Origin: Pseudomonadota bacterium
GTDB lineage: Bacteria > Pseudomonadota > Gammaproteobacteria > Ga0077536
Reading direction: 5' to 3'
DNA length: 64,000 nt
Assembly: GCA_016719885.1 (NCBI GenBank)
Contig: JADJYF010000001.1
Coordinates: 414,150-478,149, forward strand
In this document: positions 9,501 to 18,046 of the stretch, piece after piece
How the letters are laid out: each line of letters opens with the position of its first letter
Numbering within the stretch: position 1 is the first letter of the stretch
Position numbers and translations under genes: made by a program
The notes under the pieces: generated by a model
Database searches by the model: none
What the model was told of the DNA's origin: nothing
The model's input: the letters and a program-made list of their open reading frames with translations, nothing else

Positions 9501-10009
9501 TGGCCGAATCCTACTTTCATCTGCTGGCGTACAAGGATGAATACGAAGTCGCGCGGCTCTACGCGTCGGGCGATTTCATCAAGCGACTCGACGAGCAGTT
9601 CGAAGGCGCGTTCCGCGTGCGCTTCCACCTCGCCCCGCCACTTTTGGCGGCACGTGACCCGGTGACCGGCAGACCGCGCAAGCGTGCTTTCGGTGCATGG
9701 ATGCTGCCGGTATTTCGTATGCTGGCGGGTCTGCGTGGACTGCGTGGCACGCCGTTCGATCCTTTCGGCTATCTGGCCGAAAGGCGTGTGGAGCGACAGC
9801 TGATAGTCGAATACGAAGGCTTGGTCGATGAAGTGTGCGCCAACCTCGACAAGGGCAATCTTGCCGCGGCGGTCGACTTGCTGGCGCTCGCGCGGCAGGT
9901 GCGTGGCTACGGCGTGGTCAAGGAGCGCAGTATCGCGACCTATCGCGAAGCGGTGGCCGCGGCGCGCGCGCATTGGCGGCGGCCGCCAGCGCAGGCCGCA
10001 GGTTTCTGA
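6536..10009 (+). CDS. Indolepyruvate ferredoxin oxidoreductase family protein (fused alpha/beta, about 1157 aa; GTG start)
   Basis: The N-terminal TPP/pyrimidine-binding region resembles IorA (GYRGSPLGG, GDDHAAKSS), followed by a 2x[4Fe-4S] ferredoxin insert (CEGCGDC...C) and an IorB-like C-terminal half. The supplied ORF 6230..10009 extends artificially upstream into the ligase gene; the start is placed at GTG 6536 right after the ligase stop. Confidence 0.78.
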   Translation: MSHPALAEVGLDDKYERDSGRIYLSGTQALVRMLLQQRALDRARGWHTAGYVSGYRGSPLGGFDQQLWRASAFLQRADIHFQPGLNEDIAATAIWGTQQLGLFPGARAEGVFALWYGKSPGVDRSGDALRHANNAGAAPRGGVLVLAGDDHAAKSSTVACHTELSFIDLSMPVLYPAEIEEIVEFGLYGWALSRLTASWVVMKLLPETTDCASSIEAAPRRWELAVPEGIALPPDGLHMRWPDTALAQEERLYRYRLPLLRACLAATSLDRAVIAPRHKRLAIVTAGKAYLDVMQALAELGLDERAAHAAGIAVYKVATVWPLATAALCEFVEDAELVFVIEEKRAVIEPQLKSALYDRVAARRPRVIGKLDEQGAPLVPDYNELSGTLVARLLGTRLATWPDLPQVGAALARMAEREARLARSSTVLERIPHFCAGCPHNTSTKVPAGSRALAGIGCHFMAQWMDRDTATFTHMGGEGASWLGQAPFTDTRHVFVNIGDGTYTHSGSLAIRAAVIAGVNVTYKLLYNDAVAMTGGQPVDGQASVAMITHQMHGEGVKRIAIVSDDVSRYTDRAALAPGVTVNDRGELDAVQRELREVPGVSLLIYEQTCASEKRRRRKRGRMPDPQRRVVINHMVCEGCGDCSTQSNCLAVAPLETEFGRKRRIDQSTCNKDFSCLNGLCPSFVTVEGGQLRATRAADIGNLMVPEPQRVAADGEGGSYNILVTGVGGTGVVTIGNILGMAAHLEGRHLRVLDQTGLAQKYGAVMSHIQVADDPSCLRATRISDGGADLVLGADLVTAASRDGMRRLAPERSHVIVDTEATVVSAFTRNGDLDFGSGAMVRGIAEAVGRDRVHCLQANALATRWLGDAIGANLMLVGYAYQRGLIPMSAAAVERAIAINDVKVEFNVRAFRLGRLLAHDPARIEEPARAPRVEPPAPLPLAEFLERRQRHLNDYQNAAYGQRYRALVDKVAGAEREVMPASEALTRAVAESYFHLLAYKDEYEVARLYASGDFIKRLDEQFEGAFRVRFHLAPPLLAARDPVTGRPRKRAFGAWMLPVFRMLAGLRGLRGTPFDPFGYLAERRVERQLIVEYEGLVDEVCANLDKGNLAAAVDLLALARQVRGYGVVKERSIATYREAVAAARAHWRRPPAQAAGF

Positions 10010-10253
10010 ACGAAGGCGGGCGGGCGCCTCGCGCCACGTTTGTTTACGATCGAGGCGCGGCGCCCGGCGCTCGGCGGCGCTCGGAAATACCTTGCGGTGC
10101 GCGCTTTTGAACCGCGCCGCAGGGCTTGTCAAGCCCGGCTGCAAAAAAATTTGGCGGCGGTTCCGGTCCTGAAAAGGAGCGAGTATGATGCGCGCCCAAC
10201 GACGGCTGGCTCCTTGGGCCGGTCGCAGACCCTACCGCAAGAGCGACTCAAGC

Positions 10254-11216
10254 ATGCCCATGCCCTCGCTGATGTCCGACGCCCAATCCAGCACCCGTTC
10301 CAGCTCATCCGATTCCACGCCCAGCAACGGCATGGTGCGCGAGATCGACGGCAAATCCTGCGTGTTCTACGACGGCTACTGGATACGACGTTACGAAGTG
10401 CCGAAAGACGAAGCCGCCGCCCGCCGCGAACTCATCGACCAACTCACCAAGCGCGTTTTTCATCACACCGAAGCCGGCATCAACACGCCCGGCTACAACC
10501 TTGCCGAAGCGCGCCATGCATACGAAACCGAGACCGACCGCGATCACAAGCGCGTCAATGCCGCGATGCTGGCCGGCGCCTTGCTCAATCGTGGTTCCGA
10601 TATCTTCACCATGATTTTCGAACTCAATCGACGCGGTATCGAAATCACGCAGTCGAACGAGTTGATGCTGGAGTGCGAATCGTGTTTCCTGGAGGCGTTC
10701 GATCTCGGCAAACAGGTCAAGCACTACAGCGGTGAGGAAGGCCTTGACGAGTTGTGGGGCGAGCCGCTGAAAGTGTTCTACATGCCGGTCGCCGAATTTT
10801 ACGAGTCGCGCTATATCAAGATCGCGCAGACCATGGCCGCCATCGACGCCATCGGCGCCTGCCTGCTCGATACCTTCGCCGTGGTGCCGGGGTTCGCCGG
10901 CCTGTCGTCCAAGGTCACGGCCTACTCGCGCGCGGCCAAGCTCGAAAGCGAAACCATCAAGACCGACCCGGCGATTTTCAGGGTGTGGCCGGATTTCGTC
11001 GTCACCGGTGACAACCTGTGGGACTTCGAGCCCGAGCGCCGCGGGCCTGAAGACAATCACGCCATACTCGAACAAGGCACCAAGCTGGTCCGCGAAGGCA
11101 AGCGTCTCATCGAATGGATAGCCTTTGCCCGCGTGCCGATGCCCAAGACCACCGAAAACTTCTTCCGGCGTTGCGCCACTTTCAAGAGTGCGGTCGAAGC
11201 AGCCCGCGCCGCCTGA
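10254..11216 (+). CDS. Hypothetical protein with no recognisable family; Ser-rich N-terminus, soluble
   Basis: About 320-aa ORF with protein-like composition (YDGYWIRRYEVPKDEAAARRELIDQLTKRVFHHTEAGINTPGYNL...). No signal peptide or TM segment is evident. It is flanked by unrelated genes with 240- and 20-bp intergenic gaps. Confidence 0.55.
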   Translation: MPMPSLMSDAQSSTRSSSSDSTPSNGMVREIDGKSCVFYDGYWIRRYEVPKDEAAARRELIDQLTKRVFHHTEAGINTPGYNLAEARHAYETETDRDHKRVNAAMLAGALLNRGSDIFTMIFELNRRGIEITQSNELMLECESCFLEAFDLGKQVKHYSGEEGLDELWGEPLKVFYMPVAEFYESRYIKIAQTMAAIDAIGACLLDTFAVVPGFAGLSSKVTAYSRAAKLESETIKTDPAIFRVWPDFVVTGDNLWDFEPERRGPEDNHAILEQGTKLVREGKRLIEWIAFARVPMPKTTENFFRRCATFKSAVEAARAA

Positions 11217-11236
11217 GATCCGATTCCCCGCATGTC

Positions 11237-12646
11237 ATGAGCGCTGACGCGCTGCACGAGCTCGGTACCCTGGTGGGGACCGACCAGGTGCTGCGCGGCG
11301 AAGCCTGCGCGCGTTACGAAGTCGACGAGCGCGGTCTGTTTCATGGACGCGCGCTGGCGGTGGTGCGACCGGCCGATACCGAGCAGGTGGCGCGCGTCGT
11401 GCGCTGCTGCGTTTCCCATCGTCTCGCCATCGTGCCGCACGGGGGTAACACCGGCTATTGTGGCGGCGCGACGGCCGACCGGTCCGGCACGCAGCTGGTG
11501 CTCAGCCTGGAACGTATGAACCGCGTGCTGGCGGTCGACGCCGACGCGCACACCATGACCGCCCAGGCCGGCGTGACACTCGCCGCCGCGCAGGCCGCCG
11601 CCGAACAGCACGGGCGCTTGCTGCCGCTGGCGATGGGCTCGCAGGGCAGCTGTCAGCTCGGCGGCAATCTCTCCACCAATGCCGGCGGTCTCGCGGTGCT
11701 GAAATACGGCACCATGCGCGACTTGGCGCTGGGGCTCGAGGTGGTGCTGCCGGACGGGCGCGTGCTCGACCGTTTGACGAGCTTGCGCAAGGACAACACC
11801 GGCTACGATCTCAAGCAGTTGTTCATCGGCGCCGAGGGCACGCTCGGCATCATCACCACCGCGGTGCTGAAGCTCTTTCCGGCGGCGCCGCGCAACTGCG
11901 CGTGGGTGAGCATCGATACCCCGGCCGCGGCCCTGCCGCTGTTGAGCGCGCTGCGCGAACTTGGTGGCGACGCGGTCACCTCGTTCGAATACATGAGCGG
12001 TGAGGCGCTGGCGCTGGTGGCGGACACGCTACCCGAGCTGCGCGCACCGTTGCGCGCCGAGCATCACGTGCTGGTCGAAATGATTGGCTCCGAGCACGAC
12101 GAAGTGCTGGAACGGACACTGGCCGCCGCCCACGAGCGCGACCTGCTCCATGACGTCGTGCTGGCGCAGAATGAAAGCCAGCGCCGCCAGCTGTGGCGCC
12201 TGCGCGAGTCGATTCCGGCGGCGGAGAAGCGGCTGGGCGGTTCGGTGAAGCACGATGTGTCGGTGCCCTTGGCCGACGTCGCCGATTACATTGGCAAGGC
12301 GCGCGGCCTGGTGCTGGCGCGCTGGCCCGGCGTGCGCCTGTCGGTCTATGGTCACGTCGGCGACGGCAACGTGCATTTCAACGTGCTGGCGCCGACGGAG
12401 GCCGACGCCGAGGGCTTCAAGCAAAGCCATGGCGATGCCATCAGCGAAGTGTTGCACGATCTCGCGCATGCCATGCGCGGCAGTTTCAGCGCCGAGCATG
12501 GTGTAGGCGTGCTCAAGCGTGACATGTTGCAACGCTATGGCGACCCGGTGGCGTTGAGCTTGATGCGCCAGTTGAAGCATACGCTGGACCCGCTGAATCT
12601 CATGAATCCCGGCAAGCTGCTGGCGCCCGTCCGGGACGCCGGATGA
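11237..12646 (+). CDS. FAD-linked oxidase (GlcD / D-lactate / D-2-hydroxyglutarate dehydrogenase family)
   Basis: N-terminal FAD-binding PCMH domain (VVRPADTEQVARVVRCCVSHRLAIVPHGGNTGYCGGA) and a C-terminal FAD-oxidase_C domain (EHGVGVLKRDM). It overlaps the next gene by 4 nt (ATGA). Confidence 0.8.
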   Translation: MSADALHELGTLVGTDQVLRGEACARYEVDERGLFHGRALAVVRPADTEQVARVVRCCVSHRLAIVPHGGNTGYCGGATADRSGTQLVLSLERMNRVLAVDADAHTMTAQAGVTLAAAQAAAEQHGRLLPLAMGSQGSCQLGGNLSTNAGGLAVLKYGTMRDLALGLEVVLPDGRVLDRLTSLRKDNTGYDLKQLFIGAEGTLGIITTAVLKLFPAAPRNCAWVSIDTPAAALPLLSALRELGGDAVTSFEYMSGEALALVADTLPELRAPLRAEHHVLVEMIGSEHDEVLERTLAAAHERDLLHDVVLAQNESQRRQLWRLRESIPAAEKRLGGSVKHDVSVPLADVADYIGKARGLVLARWPGVRLSVYGHVGDGNVHFNVLAPTEADAEGFKQSHGDAISEVLHDLAHAMRGSFSAEHGVGVLKRDMLQRYGDPVALSLMRQLKHTLDPLNLMNPGKLLAPVRDAG

Positions 12647-13848
12647 GCGCCGCTTACGATTTCGTGGTGATAGGCGCTGGCATCGTCGGGCTCGCCTGCG
12701 CGCATCGTCTGCGCGCCGTGTATCCCGATGCGCGCATCGCGGTGCTCGACAAGGAAGCGGGTGTCGCGGCCCACCAGAGCGGCCACAACAGCGGCGTCAT
12801 TCACGCGGGTGTGTACTACGCGCCCGGCAGCCTCAAAGCGCGTTTATGCCGCGCGGGGCTGGCGGCCACCTACGCGTTCTGCGCTGCCCACGACGTGCCG
12901 CACCGGCGCTGCGGGAAAATGATCGTCGCGACCGACCGTGACGAACTCGAGCGACTGCGCGCCTTGGCCAGCCGTGCGGCGGACAATGGCTTGTCGCTCA
13001 GTTGGCTGGAAGCGGCCGACATCGCGGCGCGCGAGCCCGAAGTGCGAGGCCTCGCCGCCTTGTACGTGGAGGAGACCGGCATCGCCGACTACCCGCGCCT
13101 GTGCCAGGCGCTGGCCGCGCGACTTGTCGCCGAGGGCGTGGACCTCGAGTTCCACGCCGAGGTGCTGGTGATTGACGAGCGGCGTGACGAAGTCGTGATC
13201 GAAGCCTCGCGCGGCAGCTGGCGCGCCGCACACCTGGTGGTATGCGGCGGTCTGCAGTCCGACCGCCTGGCGCGACTGGCGGCCCTGCCGGTGGACTTCG
13301 CGGTAGTGCCGTTTCGCGGCGACTACTACCGCATGCCCGCGGCGCGCTCGTCCCTGGTCAAGACGCTTATCTACCCGGTGCCGGACCCGGCCTTGCCTTT
13401 CCTCGGCGTGCACCTGACCCTGACCACCGATGGCGGTATCACGCTCGGTCCGAGCGCGATGCTGGCGTTTGCGCGTGAGGACTATCGCGCCTGGGCCTGG
13501 CAGGGGCGCGACGCCTGGCAGGCGCTCGGCTTTCCGGGCACGTGGCGCCTGCTGTCACGTTTCGCGCGGGCCGGCGTCAGCGAGATCCTGCACGCCGCCA
13601 GCCGCCATGCCTACCTGCGTGCCGCGCGGCGCTATTGCCCGTCGCTGGTGCTTTCCGATCTGGCGGAGAAATCCTGCGGCATACGCGCCCAGGCCGTCAG
13701 TCGCGACGGCGAGATGATTCATGACTTCCTGTTCCAGACCACGGCGCGCAGCGTGCACGTATTGAATGCGCCGTCGCCGGCCGCGACCTCGGCCTTTCCC
13801 ATCGCCGAGGCGATCGTGGCGCGATTGCAAACAAGCCTGGCGGCGTGA
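12643..13848 (+). CDS. lhgO: L-2-hydroxyglutarate oxidase/dehydrogenase
   Basis: N-terminal dinucleotide fold YDFVVIGAGIVGLACA..., GHNSGVIHAGVYYAPGSLKA and overall length about 400 aa, typical of LhgO/YgaF. Confidence 0.75.
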   Translation: MSAAYDFVVIGAGIVGLACAHRLRAVYPDARIAVLDKEAGVAAHQSGHNSGVIHAGVYYAPGSLKARLCRAGLAATYAFCAAHDVPHRRCGKMIVATDRDELERLRALASRAADNGLSLSWLEAADIAAREPEVRGLAALYVEETGIADYPRLCQALAARLVAEGVDLEFHAEVLVIDERRDEVVIEASRGSWRAAHLVVCGGLQSDRLARLAALPVDFAVVPFRGDYYRMPAARSSLVKTLIYPVPDPALPFLGVHLTLTTDGGITLGPSAMLAFAREDYRAWAWQGRDAWQALGFPGTWRLLSRFARAGVSEILHAASRHAYLRAARRYCPSLVLSDLAEKSCGIRAQAVSRDGEMIHDFLFQTTARSVHVLNAPSPAATSAFPIAEAIVARLQTSLAA

Positions 13849-13956
13849 GCGAAGGCTTGATCCGGCCCTGCCTGGCAGGCGCCAAAGTCGCGTAAAATCC
13901 ATGCATCACAATCGGCGCCCGGCCTGTCGTGCGCCACAATCTTGAGGAGTAGTTCG

Positions 13957-15138
13957 ATGAGTGAAGCGACCGTCATTACCGGGCTTGCACGTACCCCGAT
14001 GGGCGGCATGCAGGGTGATTTTGCCGATGTGAAAGCCACCGTGCTGGGCTCGACCGCGATCCGTGGCGCGCTCAATCGCGCCGGCCTGGCGCCGGAATCC
14101 GTCGACGAGACGATCATGGGATGCGTGCTGCCGGCCGGTCTCGGCCAGGCGCCGGCGCGCCAGGCGTCGCTGGGCGCCGGTATACCGGACAGCGTGCCGT
14201 GCACCACCGTCAACAAGATGTGCGGTTCGGGCATGAAAGCGATCATGCAAGGCCATGACGCCATCCAGGCCGGGTCCGCCGGCGTGGTGGTGGCGGGCGG
14301 CATGGAAAGCATGACCAACGCACCTTACCTGTTGCCCAAGGGCCGCGGCGGCATGCGCTTGGGCCACGGTGAAGTGCTCGATCACATGTTCTTCGACGGC
14401 CTCGAAGACGCCTTCCAGCGCGGGCGCCTGATGGGCACCTTCGCCGAGGACTGCGCGCGCAAGTACAACTTCACGCGCGAGGCGCAGGACGCCTATGCCA
14501 TCGAATCGCTGAAGCGCGCGCAGAACGCCATCGCCAAGAACCTGTTCAAGAACGAGATCGAGCCGGTCACGTTCAGCGGCCGCAAGGGCGACGTGGTCAT
14601 CGATACCGACGAGCAACCGGGCAAGGCCCAGCTCGACAAGATCCCGCACCTGAAGCCGGCCTTTGCCAAGGACGGTACCGTGACCGCCGCCAATTCCAGT
14701 TCCATCTCCGATGGCGCGGCGGCCGTGATCCTGATGTCCGAATCACGCGCCAAGGAACTTGGCTGCGCGGCGCAGGCGCGCATCATCGGTCATTCCACCC
14801 ACGCGCAGGCGCCGGGCTGGTTCACCACCGCACCGGTGTTCGCGATCAAGAAGCTCATGGACCGCATCGGCTGGAGCGTCGATGACGTCGATCTATTCGA
14901 AGTGAACGAAGCGTTCGCGGTGGTGGCGATGGCCGCCATGCAGGATGTCGGTATTCCGCACGCCAAGCTCAATGTCCGTGGTGGCGCCTGCGCCCTCGGT
15001 CACCCGGTCGGCGCGTCGGGCGCGCGTATCGTCGTGACCCTGGTCAACGCGCTGCGCGACACCGGCGGCAAGCGCGGTATCGCCAGCCTGTGCATCGGTG
15101 GCGGTGAAGCCACCGCGCTCGCCATCGAACTCATCTGA
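13957..15138 (+). CDS. Acetyl-CoA C-acetyltransferase (thiolase II)
   Basis: Thiolase signatures: VNKMCGSGMKAI (active-site Cys), NEAFAVVAMAA and GGACALGHPVGASGARI. RBS GAGGAG lies 8 nt upstream of ATG 13957. Confidence 0.9.
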   Translation: MSEATVITGLARTPMGGMQGDFADVKATVLGSTAIRGALNRAGLAPESVDETIMGCVLPAGLGQAPARQASLGAGIPDSVPCTTVNKMCGSGMKAIMQGHDAIQAGSAGVVVAGGMESMTNAPYLLPKGRGGMRLGHGEVLDHMFFDGLEDAFQRGRLMGTFAEDCARKYNFTREAQDAYAIESLKRAQNAIAKNLFKNEIEPVTFSGRKGDVVIDTDEQPGKAQLDKIPHLKPAFAKDGTVTAANSSSISDGAAAVILMSESRAKELGCAAQARIIGHSTHAQAPGWFTTAPVFAIKKLMDRIGWSVDDVDLFEVNEAFAVVAMAAMQDVGIPHAKLNVRGGACALGHPVGASGARIVVTLVNALRDTGGKRGIASLCIGGGEATALAIELI

Positions 15139-15145
15139 GTGCTCG

Positions 15146-15190
15146 CCGCTGGATGCCCGTGGCGTGCGGGCATCCAGCGGATCTGTTTCC
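15146..15190. terminator. Putative bidirectional rho-independent terminator between the thiolase (+) and GST (-) genes
   Basis: Perfect 14-bp inverted repeat ccgctggatgcccg-tggcgtg-cgggcatccagcgg followed by atctgtttcc. Confidence 0.6.
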
Positions 15191-15194
15191 TCCC

Positions 15195-15839
15195 TCAGGG
15201 CGGCGCCGGCAAGGCGCGCACCGACGGCCGTTCACCGACCGCTTTGGCCCAGCGCAAGAGGTTGGTCATGGAAGCCGCGGGCTTCACGCCGACACGCGCC
15301 GCGAACTCCACCGTGATGTAGGCAGTGATGTCCGCCGCCGAAAAAGTATCGGTGGCCACGAACTCGCGCCCCGCCAGCTGTTTGTCCAGCACCTCGAAAA
15401 ACGCCAGGCAGCGCGACTTGCCGCGCTCCGCGAGTTCGGGGATCTGCGCATAGTCCTTGGGACCGGGCACCGCACGGTTGGCAAAGCGCGGTTCGCCGTT
15501 GCGCAAGGCGTCGGCCGCCGGCAGGAAGCCTTCCATCTCGGCGCGACGGCTCCACTGTTCGATACGCGCGATGTCCAGCGGCGTCGCGCCGAACAAACAA
15601 GGCGCCGGATGCAGCGCTTCGAGATAGCGACAGATGGCCATGGTTTCGGACAACAGGCTGCCGTCGTCGAGCGCGAGGCAGGGCACGGTCGCCAGTGGAT
15701 TGACCTTGAGGAACTCGGCGCTGAACTGCTCGCCGCTGCGCAGGTTGATTTCCACGGTCTCGATCTTGAGACCTTTTTCATTGATGAAAACGTTCACCCG
15801 ACGTGGATTGGGTGCGAGTCCGAAATCGTAGTATTTCAT
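15195..15839 (-). CDS. Glutathione S-transferase
   Basis: N-terminal thioredoxin-like GST domain (MKYYDFGLAPNPRRVNVFINEKGL...ATVPCLALDDGSLLSETMAICRYL) and a C-terminal helical domain. Confidence 0.8.
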   Translation of the reverse strand: MKYYDFGLAPNPRRVNVFINEKGLKIETVEINLRSGEQFSAEFLKVNPLATVPCLALDDGSLLSETMAICRYLEALHPAPCLFGATPLDIARIEQWSRRAEMEGFLPAADALRNGEPRFANRAVPGPKDYAQIPELAERGKSRCLAFFEVLDKQLAGREFVATDTFSAADITAYITVEFAARVGVKPAASMTNLLRWAKAVGERPSVRALPAPP

Positions 15840-15944
15840 GGGGCCTCCCGAGGCGAATGGCCGCGCCATGATACTGAAGGCCCGGGCTGCGCGCGAAGTC
15901 GTGCGTGGCTATCATGGAATGCGGAAACAACGCGGGGACGGGGC

Positions 15945-16568
15945 ATGGGCACGAGTGACAAGAGCAAGGCTTTACACGAAGACGGCCGAGCGCGTTGTCC
16001 GTGGGTGGAACTGGACAAGCCCGACTACGTCGCCTATCACGACCAGGAGTGGGGTGTGCCGATACACGATGATCGGCGGTTGTTCGAATACCTCACTTTG
16101 GAAGGCGCGCAGGCCGGCTTGAGCTGGTACACCGTGTTGCGCAAACGCGAGGCCTATCGCAAGGCCTTCGCGAATTTCGAGATAGCCAAGGTGGCGCGCT
16201 TCACGCCGGCCAAGGTCGAAGCGCTGATGGCCGATGCCGGACTGGTGCGCAATCGCCAGAAGCTCGAATCAGCGCTTGGCAACGCGCGCGCGTGTCTCGC
16301 GCTGCAGGAAGAATTCGGCAGCGTGGACGCGTATCTGTGGTCGTTCGTCGACGGCAGGCCGCAGGTCAATGCGCCGCGCAGCCGCGCGGACTATCGCGCC
16401 ACCAGCCCCGAGTCGGACCGCCTGAGCGCGGCGTTGAAGCAGCGCGGTTTCAAGTTCGTCGGCTCGACCATCATGTATGCCTTCATGCAGGCCACGGGCC
16501 TGGTCAACGACCATTCGCACGATTGCTTTCGACAGGCGGAGGTGGTGCGTCTGGCCTCCGGGCGCTGA
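15945..16568 (+). CDS. tag: DNA-3-methyladenine glycosylase I
   Basis: Tag signatures: CPWVELDKPDYVAYHDQEWGVPIHDDRRLFEYLTLEGAQAGLSW and C-terminal HxxxC zinc ligands (DHSHDCF). The long upstream extension in ORF 15153..16568 is rejected because it overlaps the GST gene on the opposite strand. Confidence 0.9.
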   Translation: MGTSDKSKALHEDGRARCPWVELDKPDYVAYHDQEWGVPIHDDRRLFEYLTLEGAQAGLSWYTVLRKREAYRKAFANFEIAKVARFTPAKVEALMADAGLVRNRQKLESALGNARACLALQEEFGSVDAYLWSFVDGRPQVNAPRSRADYRATSPESDRLSAALKQRGFKFVGSTIMYAFMQATGLVNDHSHDCFRQAEVVRLASGR

Positions 16569-16588
16569 GCGTAGCGATATCGCGCGCC

Positions 16589-16622
16589 AAAAAAAACGGC
16601 GGTCAAGGACCGCCGTTTTCAT
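16589..16622. terminator. Bidirectional rho-independent terminator between convergent tag and the BNR-like gene
   Basis: aaaaaaaa-cggcggtc-aagg-accgccg-tttt: a GC stem flanked by an A-run on one side and a T-run on the other. Confidence 0.7.
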
Positions 16623-16642
16623 GGTCACGAATCGCGCTGGCT

Positions 16643-17881
16643 TTACAGCTCGACCGGCACCCGCGTCCAGGCGCCGTCCTTGTAGCGGATCGCGGTAGCA
16701 CGACCGCCGAGCACCAGGATGCTGCCATCGGGCATGGCAACCGGCGTCTTCAGCCACGACAGCAGGTGCAGCTGGGTACGGTCCGCCAGCTTCCAGGTCT
16801 GGCCGTCCAGCACGCCGATGAGGCCCACGGCGCCGGCAATGAGCGGCTTGCCGTCGGGCAGCAGGGTGATGCCGAAAATACCTTCGCGGCCTGGCGCCGG
16901 GTTGTTGGTCCAGGTCACGCCGCCGTCGTGGCTGACTTCGCTGATACCGGCCGCGCCGGCCAGCCAGATTTGGTCGCCGCTGGTGGTGCCGCCCAGCCAG
17001 TAGGCCGGTTCCGGTTCGTGCGGCACGATGCGGGTATCGCGACGAACCCAGCTCGCGCCATTGTCTTCGGATTGCAGAACCATGCCGAACTCGCCGCCGA
17101 TGGTGACCTTGCCATTGGCGACCAGCACCACGTTCCACGACACGTCGCCGATACGGAAGGGCGGACCGGGGTTGAACTTGAAGGTGATGGTCGGCGCCGG
17201 ATTGGCATCAAGCTGGTTGGCGACCTGCACGAAACCTTCATCGGGATAGAGCGTGTAGTCGGTGTCGGCGACCGCCGGCTTGCCATTGACCGTGGCGGTG
17301 AACTGCACGGTGTCGGCGCTGATGTTGCTGACACCCATGTAGTAGTCGGCCGGCTTGCTGTCGGGGAAGGTAGCCAGCGGCTGGGTGATGTCCTTCACTT
17401 CAACGCTGTCGAACTTCTTGCCGTCGGTGCTGTGGGCAATGAGACCGCGCGCGCCGACCACCCAGATGTTGTTGCCTTCGTGGGCGATGTCCAGCACCGG
17501 CTCGTTGAATTCCGACAGCGCCGCCAGTTCGGTCATGGTCGTGCCGTCGTAGCTGTAGACCTTGCCGGTGGCGCTGCCGATCAGCACCATCGACTCGGAA
17601 ATCGCATCGAGGCAGGTGAAATCTTCTTCGGGGTGCTTGGCCAGCAGTTCCAGCTTGGCCGCGTCGTCACCAACCTTCAGTTGACCGACCACGCCGTGGT
17701 GCCCGGTCACGACCACGGACTTCAGTCCCGGCAGGTAGGCGCCATCCAGCAAGTCGGTTTTCAACGGCACACGCTTGGTGCCCTCGGTGCCGGCGCCGTT
17801 GTCATCCTGGGCCAGGCTGGTACCGCTCACCGCGAAGAGCAGGAACAAGCCCGCCAGCGATCGCAATTGAAGTGCGCTCAT
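16643..17881 (-). CDS. Secreted BNR/Ycf48-like beta-propeller protein (photosystem II stability/assembly factor-like family)
   Basis: Signal peptide MSALQLRSLAGLFLLFAVSGTSLA. Repeated S-x-D-x-G-x-T-W-type BNR motifs (SEDNGASWV, SHDGGVTWT, HSTDGKKF). Confidence 0.7.
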   Translation of the reverse strand: MSALQLRSLAGLFLLFAVSGTSLAQDDNGAGTEGTKRVPLKTDLLDGAYLPGLKSVVVTGHHGVVGQLKVGDDAAKLELLAKHPEEDFTCLDAISESMVLIGSATGKVYSYDGTTMTELAALSEFNEPVLDIAHEGNNIWVVGARGLIAHSTDGKKFDSVEVKDITQPLATFPDSKPADYYMGVSNISADTVQFTATVNGKPAVADTDYTLYPDEGFVQVANQLDANPAPTITFKFNPGPPFRIGDVSWNVVLVANGKVTIGGEFGMVLQSEDNGASWVRRDTRIVPHEPEPAYWLGGTTSGDQIWLAGAAGISEVSHDGGVTWTNNPAPGREGIFGITLLPDGKPLIAGAVGLIGVLDGQTWKLADRTQLHLLSWLKTPVAMPDGSILVLGGRATAIRYKDGAWTRVPVEL

Positions 17882-18046
17882 TAGGTATCCCATTTCGTTA
17901 TTTGGTGGAAATTGTCCGGGTGCGCCGCTCGTGCAGCGGCGGCCCATGCCACGGGCATCGCGCGTTTCGAACTTCCGCTCCCCGTCCCCAGCGGAGGCTC
18001 GCTAAAATACCAATACGACTACTGGCATACAAGCCGCGCGCTTTGA

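Noticed and set aside
6443-10144. 1233-aa minus-strand ORF
   Set aside because: It is a mirror image of the indolepyruvate-oxidoreductase-family gene. No domain motifs, extreme Arg/Ala/Gly bias, and the plus-strand frame has clear TPP and ferredoxin motifs.
15153-15944. Upstream 264 codons of ORF 15153..16568 (+)
   Set aside because: It overlaps the GST gene encoded on the minus strand. The Tag glycosylase homology begins only at MGTSDKSK (15945).
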